The translations under genes were made by a program, and so were the position numbers. From Octopus bimaculoides (Eukaryota): a DNA stretch of 34,152 nt. Under the pieces are notes generated by a model. The model saw nothing but the letters and a program-made list of their open reading frames with translations. It was not told the origin of the DNA and searched no databases. Shown in pieces: positions 12,463-23,500 of this stretch (within the stretch, counting starts at the first letter, position 1; each line of letters starts with the position of its first letter). Location: contig NC_068990.1 of the NCBI RefSeq assembly GCF_001194135.2, forward strand, positions 35,345,105-35,379,256. Direction: 5' to 3'.

Positions 12463-12528
12463 TCGTAGTAATTAAGGGCGCGGGCTACTAACCCCAAGAT
12501 TCCGAGTTCGAATCTCGGCAGTGACCTC

Positions 12529-12573
<45 letters not shown>

Positions 12574-12657
12574 TATATTAATAACAACAACAATAACAAC
12601 AACAACAAACAAGATGTGGACAACTATCCGTCAAACGTAAATAATGTAAATAATGTA
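12457..12657 (+). mobile_element. tRNA-headed non-autonomous module: head + (AAT/AAC)n + Penelope-like tail, hammerhead segment absent
   Basis: Head homologous to 14766-14838 with an intact T-arm CCGAG-TTCGAAT-CTCGG (B-box); tail 12601-12657 matches about 14962-15013 with few substitutions. Confidence 0.85.
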
Positions 12658-13121
12658 GGATATGTTATGCTGGTCTCCTGTGATTGTTTGGGAAATTTGT
12701 GACACTTGGTACAACTATATGTGCATTAAGAAAGGATTATAACTACTTATTTCTACCGATATATTCTGAAGAGTTTATAGCTTTTATTTTCATTATCAAA
12801 AGTAAATAACATAAGGGGATGATCACTAGAGAATTTTATGAGAAGGAATACTAATTTTATTAGTCTTCTGAAGCTTTAAGGCTCACTTGTAATTTATCTG
12901 ATGTGATAAATTAACTTTGAATATTATTAACTTTAACTGTGAATATTATAAATGTTGCCATAAACTAGCATATCAGGGCCTAGCTATGTAATTATCACAT
13001 GTATCAGAGAAGACATACTATAGAATAAAAATCTAGTGCAGACTTCTTTACATCAGATATTATTTTATATTAACCATGCAACACGGAGTGCTAACTAGAA
13101 TGTAATCACTGATATGGCAGA

Positions 13122-13230
13122 AATGTTGTATTGGAAAGAGAGACGAGATTGCAATGAGCTGAAAATAATTCATCATAATCGGGTTCTACCGTACTTAAAC
13201 ACACACACACACACACACAGTCGCACAAAT
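13122..13230 (+). repeat. ~105-bp direct repeat, copy 2
   Basis: Matches 12136-12240. Confidence 0.95.
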
Positions 13231-14423
13231 GGTTAACTTAAAAAAGAAATAGAGAAATGGATTCTCGATCAAAATTTTCCTGCAATAAAATTTAATGCTG
13301 GAAATAAAAAATACAAATTCACAAATGACAGGTATTATTAACAAGAGTGAAGAGAAACATTGGATTTCAATGTTGTTTAAATTTCTTGAATGTTGACTAA
13401 GAAAGAAACAAATATAGTCATTATACGCCATGTTTAATTTATCAGTCAGATATAAAGATATCTTCAGAAGAATTTGTCCAACTGGATAATAAAGGTAGAA
13501 CTTTCGTTTAAATATATTGCCTACTTTACAAGTTTGAGCTATGAAAATCAACACGGCATTTTATGAATCTGCACTTGTTAATTAATCGATAGATTTTATG
13601 CTGGTTTAATGAAATGAACATATAAAGTGGGACACAGATATAGACATTAGAATAAAGTTACATGTTAAACCGTATTTGTACAGAAAATGAGATAAGCCAA
13701 TATCTTCACATTTAAAATATGTTATAATGGAATATAATCCAAGTAAGTTTAATTCTATTTATGATAAATTCAGTTCGGTAATCTGGGTTAATTTTGCGTC
13801 AACATGCTAAAAGTACATATCCAAAGTGACTCAACACCAAAAAGGTGAAAAGGAGGAACTAGAAGAAGAAAATAACAATAATAATAATAATAATAAGAGA
13901 GTATTGTAGTTCGCTTGAAACATTATGAACGTTTGTAAAGAATAAAAGGTTTTGAATGGTACAACAATGCATTATAATACAAAAAATGGACTACGTACTT
14001 GTAATTTAGTTATCTATAGTCCGATGATATTTCGGAATACAATTCCTTTTTCAGATATTCTTAGATGGAGTCTCTGCCATAAATTGTTTACTAACGGCTT
14101 TTCTTTTTTTTTTTCCAGGAGTGTCGCAGTAGTGGTCTCACGAAGCTCCTTCCGGAATTCCTCATGAGAAGTGCGTGAGGCTGGCTATGTTTCAATCTCG
14201 TGTGTGTTGATATATCTGTAGCGCTGCTTCTAAGTTATGTGTTATACGTGCAGCTTCTCTTTTTTTTTTTTTGTTATAAACAATACATGCCAAATGCTCA
14301 AAGTGTTCCATGTATATATTGGCTATTATCGGTGATAATGGCGAACCCATAGCTAAACCCTCTTTCTGAATATATATTTATCAGTGTCCATACTGAAGTA
14401 GGTAGTTTCTGTGTAGAAACTAA

Positions 14424-14711
14424 AGCAGTGGTATATTATACAAAGGCAAAATATGTCGCCCCCTCAAAATAAGGCTAGAGGAACATTGCAAAGCTGTGAC
14501 AGGTGGAGATATTGATAAATCGGGTATAGTTGATAATGTAAGGGAAAATGGAGACCACCTCCGACTGTGGGATGCAGTTAAAATAATATACGGAGAACAC
14601 CACTGGAAAATACGAAAACTAAAAGAAGCCGCATATATACTAGGATACAACAACCTCCTACGCAGACCGAGTGCAGATATAAATAGCATATGGGAACCGG
14701 TATTAAGGGAG
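14424..14711 (+). mobile_element. Penelope-like element GIY-YIG endonuclease remnant (5'-truncated)
   Basis: Extending ORF 14496-14780 upstream to the in-frame TAA at 14421 gives SSGILYKGKICRPLKIRLEEHCKAVTGGDIDKSGIVDNVRENGDHLRLWDAVKIIYGEHHWKIRKLKEAAYIL...SIWEPVLR. This fits the PLE pattern YIGxTxRxLxxRxxEH...KSxxxxH...WxxxKI...RKxKEA; the GIY half is missing. Confidence 0.88.
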
Positions 14712-14765
14712 GATACCAAAATATCAGATTTTCTAAGCCCTAAAATTCACTCCACAATTGCTCAC

Positions 14766-14838
14766 GGGCATATGGCGTAGTGGTTAAGAGCGCGGGCTAC
14801 TAACACCAAGATTCTGATTTCGATTCACGGCAGTGACC
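14766..14838 (+). mobile_element. tRNA-derived head (Pol III A/B boxes), not a functional tRNA gene
   Basis: A-box TGGCGTAGTGG (14772-14782), anticodon-like loop CT-ACT-AA, B-box-like GATTTCGATTC; acceptor and anticodon stems are imperfect; followed directly by (AAT)n. Confidence 0.8.
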
Positions 14839-14863
14839 TGAATAATAATAATAATAATAATAA

Positions 14864-15050
14864 TGACATCGGAAAATACCTTAGGAATGAGAACCCAGTT
14901 TCGAAATTTCCCCAAGACACCTGATGAAGGCTGGAGGTTATATCAGCCGAAACATTTTGTTAACAACAAACAAGATGAGGACAAATATCCGTCAAATGTA
15001 AATAATGTAAATAAGGAAAATAATTCCTCATCTCTTCATTATAGAACTGT
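14864..15050 (+). mobile_element. Penelope-like terminal (pLTR-like) sequence
   Basis: Lies 3' of the GIY-YIG remnant, contains CCTGATGAAGG...CCGAAAC typical of PLE termini, and shares its distal part with 12601-12657. Confidence 0.7.
14916..14961 (+). ncRNA. Minimal type I hammerhead ribozyme motif, probably inactivated
   Basis: GACAC-CTGATGA-A-GGCTG(gaggttatat)CAGCC-GAAAC-ATT-TTGTT: core CUGAUGA and GAAA, 5-bp stem II, stem I GACAC/TTGTT with one mismatch; stem III reads AACATT instead of palindromic AACGTT. Confidence 0.6.
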
Positions 15051-15950
15051 ATAACATATCATGTTGCAACATGTATATCTGTATCTTTTGTAAAGTTTTG
15101 ATAGCTTTAGATGTACAAAATTCTGCAATTTGTGCTGAGCCGATTCGAAGCGTTGTTAAATGACACTTGTCTAAGATGATATCTCAGGTTTAAGCTTTTG
15201 GCACCAATCTAGAAGCTTATTAGAGAGGAGCTTATCTCAGTTCGCATATTTAAAATCCCACAGTACAATGCTCACCTTGAGATAACCCTTATATGGAATG
15301 GAATTTCAAGGGGCTATTCCATACAATAATTAATGCCTACCTCATACTAGCGTGGGTTTTCCGTTGAGAAGAGTCGAGTAACGCGAAAAGAAGTGATTTT
15401 CTCAAGAAAAAATACGCTGCTTGATCTCGGAATGGAAACCGCAATTTTGTTAGATTCGCTATCGTTAGGCACAGCGAATTCTGAATCACACGGTTCGGAA
15501 ACAAAGTGTTAACTCACTCATGTTTACATCTGAAACATTACTACGCATATTACCATTCAGTGATCATTAATTCTAAGCAATTGTAAATTCTAGATGTTTC
15601 TTTCATTATTTATCCAAATATAAACAAACATTTATTCCTATACAAAGATCCTTTTATATTTGCTTTTCTGTCCGTTTCTCTGTTTCTCCTTGTTACTGCC
15701 TTTCTATCTACATCCTCAGTTTCTTGATTTCCCTCTCGATTCCTTTCTCTCTATATGTATTTATGTTAATTTCTGTGACTCTATCTTTCTCTGTTTCTCC
15801 CATGAGCACAAAAAAACATGCTTCAAAATATTTATATATATGTTGATATGCATAATGGTTTTGTTCATAGTTGTGAGAATTATGCATTCATAGAAGCGTA
15901 CCCACATATCTACACACATACATATATGCATATACGTATACGTAAGTATA

Positions 15951-16015
15951 CACACACACGCACACACATACACACACACACACTCACATACACACAGACA
16001 CACACACACACATAT

Positions 16016-16064
<49 letters not shown>

Positions 16065-16140
16065 TAGATAGAGAGACAGGCAGATAGATAGAGAGACAGA
16101 CAGATAGCTAGACAGATAGCTAGATAGATAAATAGATAGA
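15951..16140. repeat. Compound (CA)n-(GA)n-(GATA/GACA)n microsatellite
   Basis: Direct reading. Confidence 0.95.
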
Positions 16141-17454
16141 TTGATATAGAGATGCAGACATGCATACAAAGACAAAGACTCACGCAGACACGCAGTGCAC
16201 AATCGCACAAACACGCACGCTCATACATATATGCAAATACATGTGTGCATATGTGATAATGCATATATTGGACAGAATTGCTATGTCACCCTATGTGTAT
16301 ATCTTTCGGTCTTTTTACACAATTATTTATTAATCATATTGAAAAATTTGAATTACTAGAAAAATAAACGAAGAAAATATATCACCGTTAAAATATCTCT
16401 ACGTTATTTCCTAGGAAATTATCCAATATAATTATGAAGAAAATATATCACTTCTTCTACGAGGAAATATATTTCAATATAGAAAGGCAACGCCATTTGG
16501 ATTTCCATTGATTCTTTATTTTTGCATTATTTTTCATTTTAATACTTTATTTCTCTGACAAAGAAATTATACTGATTCTTTCTCTAAATGAAAGAAATGC
16601 AAAATGGATCTATATCATACGTGCGAATATTCAATTTGAATTTTTATTTAAAAAACGAAACAGATTAAAATGATATGCAAGCATTCACATATTTGCCAAG
16701 TTTATAGTAATTTCAATGTACATTGTTGCGTTTGCACAAATTGATTTGTGGAGCTGTGTGTGGCGTAGTGATGCCCTAAATTATCTGTTAATCGAATCTA
16801 ATTTTCGAGATCTGTTTCTGGTGCTGGATGCTCAACTGATTACATGCACTGGTACAGAATTTCAATTCAGGAATATTTTTATCGTGCCAATAACTGATAT
16901 ATTCATAAAATTTCGGTTTCCTTTTATTCTTCATTTGTAATGGTTTATTTTCTTGCATAACCCTATGTTATATTCTTATGTAGTAGGTTATTTATCCTCA
17001 AATTACTTCTAACTTTGACCATGCTATCTTTTGTTCGGACAGTGAGTATTTAGAATAATGTTGTGTTCAGTTTGTAGAAAAAAAAAATGAGTATCTTTTA
17101 AGGGTAATTTTTTCAGAGTTCAGAAAGTAAACAGCAAATCAGAGAGTTACGAGTGAAAGGTTGTAAGTAGAGATAGCTAAATTTTAAAGGCATTTGAAAA
17201 TGTTCTATCATGTGATATCAAATATTATACAACTAGTGCTGTTACTGCATGACGTGTTTATAGAATACAGCAATAGTCAAACTAATTGCTACTTTAAGGG
17301 AATTCTCTTGATCAACTTCCAACTTACTAAAGTCGTTATGTATACGGTAAGCTAATATTATTGACACACGTGTAGTATGGATACTCTGTTTTGAAGTGCT
17401 ATTTGTTGTGTAGCATAATAACATATTTTTCATGCAATATTCATGATTGAATAA

Positions 17455-17671
17455 GGCGGCAAGCTGCTAGAAACGTTAGCACAACAGGCGAAATACTTAA
17501 CAGTATTTCGTCTATCTTAGCGTTCTGAGTTCAAATTTCGCAGAGATCGACTTTGCTTTTCATCCTTTCGGGGTCGATAAATTGTGTATTAGTTGCGTAT
17601 TGGGGTCGATGTAATCGACTGGACCTCTCCCACCAAAAATTTCGGACCTTGTGCGTAGGGTAGAGAAGGAT
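17455..17671 (+). mobile_element. tRNA-derived SINE, copy 1 (Nin/Deu-like core)
   Basis: GGCGGCAAGCTG...GAGTTCAAATT (B-box)...TTTCATCCTTTCGGGGTCGATAAA...; family resemblance from memory of cephalopod SINEs. Confidence 0.88.
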
Positions 17672-17771
17672 AGTATTGACACACATGCATAATGTATATT
17701 CTGTTTTAAAGTGCTATTTGTTGTGTAGTAGAATAACATATATTTTGCTTTCAATATTTAGGATTGAATAG

Positions 17772-17989
17772 GACGGCGAGCTGACAGAGACGTTAGCACA
17801 ACAGGAGAAATGCTTGACGGTATTTCGTCTATCTTTACGTTCTGAGTTCAAATTCCACCGACGTCGACTTTGCCTTTCATCCATTCGGGGTCGATAAATT
17901 AAATACCAGCTGCGTACTGTGATCAATCTAATTGACTGGCCACGCCTTCCCCAAAATTTCGGACCTTGTTCCTAGAGTAGAAAAGAATA
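17772..17989 (+). mobile_element. tRNA-derived SINE, copy 2
   Basis: Collinear with copy 1; ends GTAGAAAAGAAT. Confidence 0.88.
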
Positions 17990-18005
17990 TTTCTGATTAA
18001 ATAAA

Positions 18006-18171
18006 GGCGGCGAGCTGACAGAAACGTTAGCACGCCGAGTTCTGAGTTCAAATTCCACGGAGGTCAAGTTTCCCTTTAATCCTTCCGAGGTCGATAAATT
18101 AAATACCAATTGCATGCTGGGATCGAAATAATCGACTTGCCATTCCCCCAAAATTTCGAACCTTGCTCCTA
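18006..18171 (+). mobile_element. tRNA-derived SINE, copy 3 (internal deletion in head)
   Basis: GGCGGCGAGCTGACAGAAACGTTAGCACGCCG joins directly to AGTTCTGAGTTCAAATTCC, lacking about 40 bp present in copies 1 and 2. Confidence 0.85.
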
Positions 18172-18176
18172 ATTGG

Positions 18177-18350
18177 TGCTTAAGGGTATTTCGTCCATCA
18201 TTATGTTTTGAGTTCAAATTCCCCCGACGCCGACTTTGCTTTTCATCCTTTCAGGTACGAAGAAATAAATACCATTGGAGCACTGAATTGATAATTCACC
18301 TACCCACTCCCACCAAATGTCTGGCCTTGTGCCTATAGCAGAAGGAATTA
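18177..18350 (+). mobile_element. tRNA-derived SINE, copy 4 (5'-truncated, more diverged)
   Basis: Starts TGCTTAAGGGTATTTCGTCC, has GAGTTCAAATTCC and TTTCATCCTTTCAGG, ends GGCCTTGTGCCTATAGCAGAAGGAATTA. Confidence 0.8.
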
Positions 18351-20473
18351 TTTTTCCTGAAGCTAGAATGATATACTCGATAAATTAGTTTTTTCCCCAA
18401 ACGGTAACATACTAAAAAAGTGAACGAAGTAGTAATTTGCCTGACAGTTTTAGCTGCCAGGACTAATCCATCTTGAGCTCCGGAAGTCATTGGATCTCCA
18501 ATATTGTTACTATCACATCTCATTCAGCCCGTGAAATATACTGAACAAATTTTTAAAACCCAGTGTATATATAAAAGAAAATATTATTAATCTATGCACA
18601 TTGTTTTTGATGTGTCTAAATTTCGGATATAACTTGTCATAAATAAAAATATGATTTTACAAAATATTAATCTTTTTTTATAATAAAATGGCTCAATATT
18701 GATTCACATTTTTAAAATCGATCGATGTTTATATCTGTTCAGAGTTATGACGTAACTCTGAGTTGGTATGCTTAGTAGCAGACTGGGTATCAACTAACGA
18801 CTCTTATTGGAATACATTTCTGGTATAATGGTAATATACAACCAATGGCTAGAGCAGTTACAACTGCTAGAAATATATTCGTAGATAGAAATAATAATAA
18901 ATATATTTCGTTTTGAAAGAATAGTTTATTAGACATAAATTATACAACATAAAAATCTTTTTATCTCCATTTTACTGCATTTATTTTGTTTCAAAATGTT
19001 TCTAAATGAGTAGACAATGATCAAAATTAATTCAACCACGACCCCTTCGTCATTTATCTAGCCTAGCATGCTCAAAGTTACTTATCAAATGTGCCAAGTC
19101 TTTCGTAAGAGAGTGAGATATGAAAGAAATTCAGCTGCTATTTCTACCTGGTCTAGTCTCTACATAATCTTCCCTGCATATTTCTTTTTATATCCACTGA
19201 TGAGATGCGACCTCGTTACTCATGTGGAGATAAAAGTCTAAATTCACATAAAAGAAAAAAAAATGGTAATACGTTGAATGCTATCAACAATGGCAACAGA
19301 TTGAAGAAGTACGATAAAATTGAGAAGGCAAATCACTAGATATTAGGGAATAATATAGAAAATTGTACATCTCTCTGTCATGCTAAATAATTGACATATA
19401 ATGTCAAACGTTTAATTTGAGGCTTGGTTTTCTGCAGTGACAGGTTCATTAACGTAGGACTTGATATGTGGGAAACTAACGTTTTCTTCAGGGAAGGGAG
19501 TTATATGTCAGTCGAACGGTAGGGACATAAAGCGATATGAAGTTTTATCAAGGTTTATCAAGGGAGATTAATAGTAACAGCGTTACATCTGATATGACAG
19601 GCAGCATTCTAATTTATATACAGTAGAACGACAATAATTTCATGGCGTTTTCTTTCTCTTTCAAGATTTAGGAAAATGAGTGGGAATTTGTTAAAGAATT
19701 ATGCGACATAGGAAAAATCCTATCTGAGAGTGTAAACCTGAATGAAAGAAGTGAAAGAAGTAAATAGGGTTATAAGTATAAATATTTTGATATTGAGTTT
19801 CATGAGACCCATGACAGGTGATGGAGATCATAAATCTTCGTGAGTGACGTGAACCACAGTAGGAAATTCTGTGGGGAAGATAGTAAAAAAAATGATTGAC
19901 GTTTAGAAATTACACACAAACACTGAATTATACATGAGCACACAAACATAAACATTCACACGCGCGCGCGAGCGAGCACACACACACACGTACAAAAACA
20001 TTCAGACAAATCTCTAGCTGTCAGCATCGGAACGCATTCATTAGATATACACATAGTTATCTTGTCAGAAATATATATTATATATATATAAACCCAGATA
20101 TACATACACAAAAGCCACAAATATTCTCAAATGCGTTTATATATATGTATATATGTGACTGTGTGCATGTGTATATATAAATGCATTATGCATATAAAAA
20201 TCATTCAAAATATAAAAAATTATGCACAACTACACACATAGGCATATTTGTTTGTGCATATGTGTGCGTGTGTCTGCCTGTGCATGTATTTATGTGCTAA
20301 TGTCTGAATACTATCAAGAATGGTTTTAGATATGACATATGCGATATTTATATTTATCAGGTGTAATCTGCAATTCAAAGGAGGCAAGTCCTCAATCTTT
20401 GGTGTACAGTGAATTTTGATTTTTTTATATGTACATATACATACATAGATATATATAATACTTATATACCCTG

Positions 20474-20503
20474 CCACCACCACCACCACCACCACCACCA
20501 CCA
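20474..20503. repeat. (CCA)n microsatellite
   Basis: Direct reading. Confidence 0.96.
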
Positions 20504-23500
20504 CATATACATGTTTACACGCTAGCATGCATATATACATATGTGTGTGTATATATATATACGTATATTGCATACTCACATATTTACATATAATATATAC
20601 TGCAAGCTGACAAGGAAACGAATTAGCCCCATTGATTTAGTTCATAGAAGCTGAAGAATTTACTACATTCAATTCTAATACAACAACGCTCCAGCGTTTG
20701 GGATTCCTATTTTAATAGGTGTCATTTATAAAAAGGAAAGCTAATGGTGGGGTAGGATTCATAGAATCCATTCTATGTATTCTTTTCAGCTTGTTCCTCT
20801 AATGGTATGATCTGAAATGTTTTCTGTGCTGTCTTGTGAGAAGTCAATATATTCCGGTTGACACCTAGTACAATACGTTACAGTGTAGTCTATTGAATCA
20901 AATATAACTACAATTCTCCTTCAGAATTTCGTGTTTTACCTTATGTGTATCGATATTATTTATGCTTCTACAATGCAATATTTCTTCAAAGATTTTGCCG
21001 CCGGACATTTTCTCTTATGTCTCGATGCGAGAATGAATAACAGCATCCATGATAATTCGACGGCTCTATCTCCCAGACAGGCAGGAGAAACCTGGTCTAA
21101 ATCCTTGCATTGGGGGAGGAGTTCCTTATAGGTATTCATGAACTAGATAGTTAAGTCAAACTTTATGTCGGATTAAATTAGTTACTTATGAACATACATA
21201 GTCAATCTGGCAAGATCCCTAATAATTCGTGTCTCATGTAACGTACTAGGCTGGAATCTATTCTATATACTATTTGATTAAATTTACATTGCTCGTATCG
21301 ATCCAAGCCACGATGTAGTTGAAAATGAACAACTTTTAGGAATCTGAGTGCCCATCAAATTTAGCTTAAAGGGCTTCGATCTTTACGGACCAAATCTAAT
21401 TTAATTCACAAGTCTTCAATCTATCTCATCGAATAAAGGAAGATACTCACAAGAGATGCAAATATATACTTGTATGAAACAGAAAAATGCAAGTTTTTTC
21501 TCATCATAATTCTAAACCGAATAGCTATGTCAGTTATAAAGGCTTCTGAGAATTTTGGGTAGAATCGTGCGTACTACTACCCTAAAACCCATGTCTTAAT
21601 CATCTTCTGCTTCAAACGAATGACCGTGCTTCACCGTATACATTCGTTCTGCCAGAAATAGCTCCGAAATGTTGAACAAGCTGGATGGTCACATTTGGAA
21701 TGCAGTTGATCATAGTCTAGCTCAGTCAAATCTGACCCCAGTCTAAACCGCCGTAGCAACAAATACAACACTCACTCTTTTGACTTATTATCTACTAATA
21801 AATAATTGCGATTGAAACTTTTTTATAAGATACATTTTGTAGAGGATTTATTGCATTCGGTTAATTTCTTGAATCTAATGCAGGATGTAAAACATGTTCT
21901 TTGAACAAGTTATAAATAATTCAAAGTTACTGTACTCCGTGTATGTTAATCTATTAATTAAGATGTTATTAATCACCCTTCATTTAGTTGTGTTAAGAGT
22001 TAACATTTATTTAGACATCAAGACAAATACGGGGGATTTATTTCATTTTCTATCCTTCAAACTATTTAACCAACAGAAGGAAGCAATATTTGTCACAATA
22101 ATCTGCATACACATCAGGTTTCATTATCCAGAATTCAATTTAAGTGATAATGTATCACATCATACCTCATAGAACCCATTGCAACTTCACAACCTCAGTT
22201 AGGATCAAAATTGAAACCGGAAATTAAATAGTTATTTTACATTATCTCAACCCATTTGTAAATTCTAAACCAAGATTTTCACCATGACACATAGCATGAT
22301 TGGACATTTAAACAGAAACTACGATTATTTATTTGTTAGTTTATTTTCATGTCATTCATTTTCTATTAATAATAACACGAAACTAGATTTTATATCAGAA
22401 ATACGTAGAGGTAAAACGTTTGTCTTTGTTGGCTTGTATTTAACTTGTCATATTTGTTTTATAATTAGATTAAATGAATAAACAATAAAAAGATTTTCCT
22501 TGAGAAGATATTAGTGTCAGAATTACAGATATTTGTTTTACATTTAAGAACTTCGAATAGTTGCTAATTAAGAGAACAGCAATAACTACATGATCATTTC
22601 AATTTCTACAGAATGTTTGCTAAACCTTTACTTGTTGCTGTCTTGAGATAATTTATTGAAATAAGCCGAGAATCAATACTTGATCCAAATACTTGAGAAA
22701 CGTTCTTATTACACCCATCACCTACACGATAAACATTAGCAGAATAGATGAATATACATATATGCACACATTTATATTCATATTCAAAAGAACATACTTG
22801 GATTTTGGAACTATATTTTACACATTCACCAACCAAAAAAGATGTAGTGTGGCATTTGTATGTTCTTGGCTCGTTTTTTTATTTTTATTTTTCTGCTATA
22901 TAAAATCAGTTAAATGAAAGAAAAGAAGAAAAAAAATCATTTCCATTACTTTTGCTCTCGCTTGAATAACAATGTGTGTATCGATGGGTGTCTATGTATC
23001 TGTTTTTGTGTCATGCACATGTATGTATAGGCGTATAATTTAGAGGAGAAAAGTCATTACCATTGAGACTTTTCCCCACAGGGTTACATCTTTTAAGTTG
23101 AAACTGGGTTGAGGATGCACCTCTTTCCTTTCTAACCCTCACATCTGAGGTACTCCGTTGAGTGAAAATGGTAAAGGCGGAGATTTTGTTTTTGTATACT
23201 CACCATGGCATGCCCAACTAAAAAGCATAGTAGCATGCATTTTTCTTATTACAAATAAATATAGAATAAATATAGAATAAATTTTACTACGTGGAGCAGG
23301 TGACCCATATTAAGAAATTTGAGATTTTAACTAGTGATGAAAATTGTTAGAAACAACGGTTAAGGAAAAGCTTATTTATAGCTGCTGTATACGATTTTAA
23401 ATTCTTTGTGCACCACTGACGTATAATTTTTAATATGTTGTTTCCTCTGGAATTTAGTACAAGTTCGTAATTCTTGAGTTCAAATACCGAGTTGGGAAAT

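Noticed and set aside
12457-12526. tRNA gene with ACT anticodon (also 14766-14838)
   Set aside because: Acceptor and anticodon stems are broken and it is followed by (AAT)n and repeat tail; treated as a retroelement head
16370-16470. 66-bp-period diverged tandem duplication (GAAGAAAATATATCAC)
   Set aside because: Real but ordinary local slippage in AT-rich DNA
17359-18350. CRISPR-like or regular array
   Set aside because: Units are SINE copies of unequal length with no repeat-spacer structure; eukaryotic context
23204-23217. 14-nt minus-strand micro-exon (tttttag|TTGGGCATGCCATG|gtgagt) encoding GHAM, reminiscent of HExxH
   Set aside because: No partner exons found; these splice signals are expected several times by chance in this window
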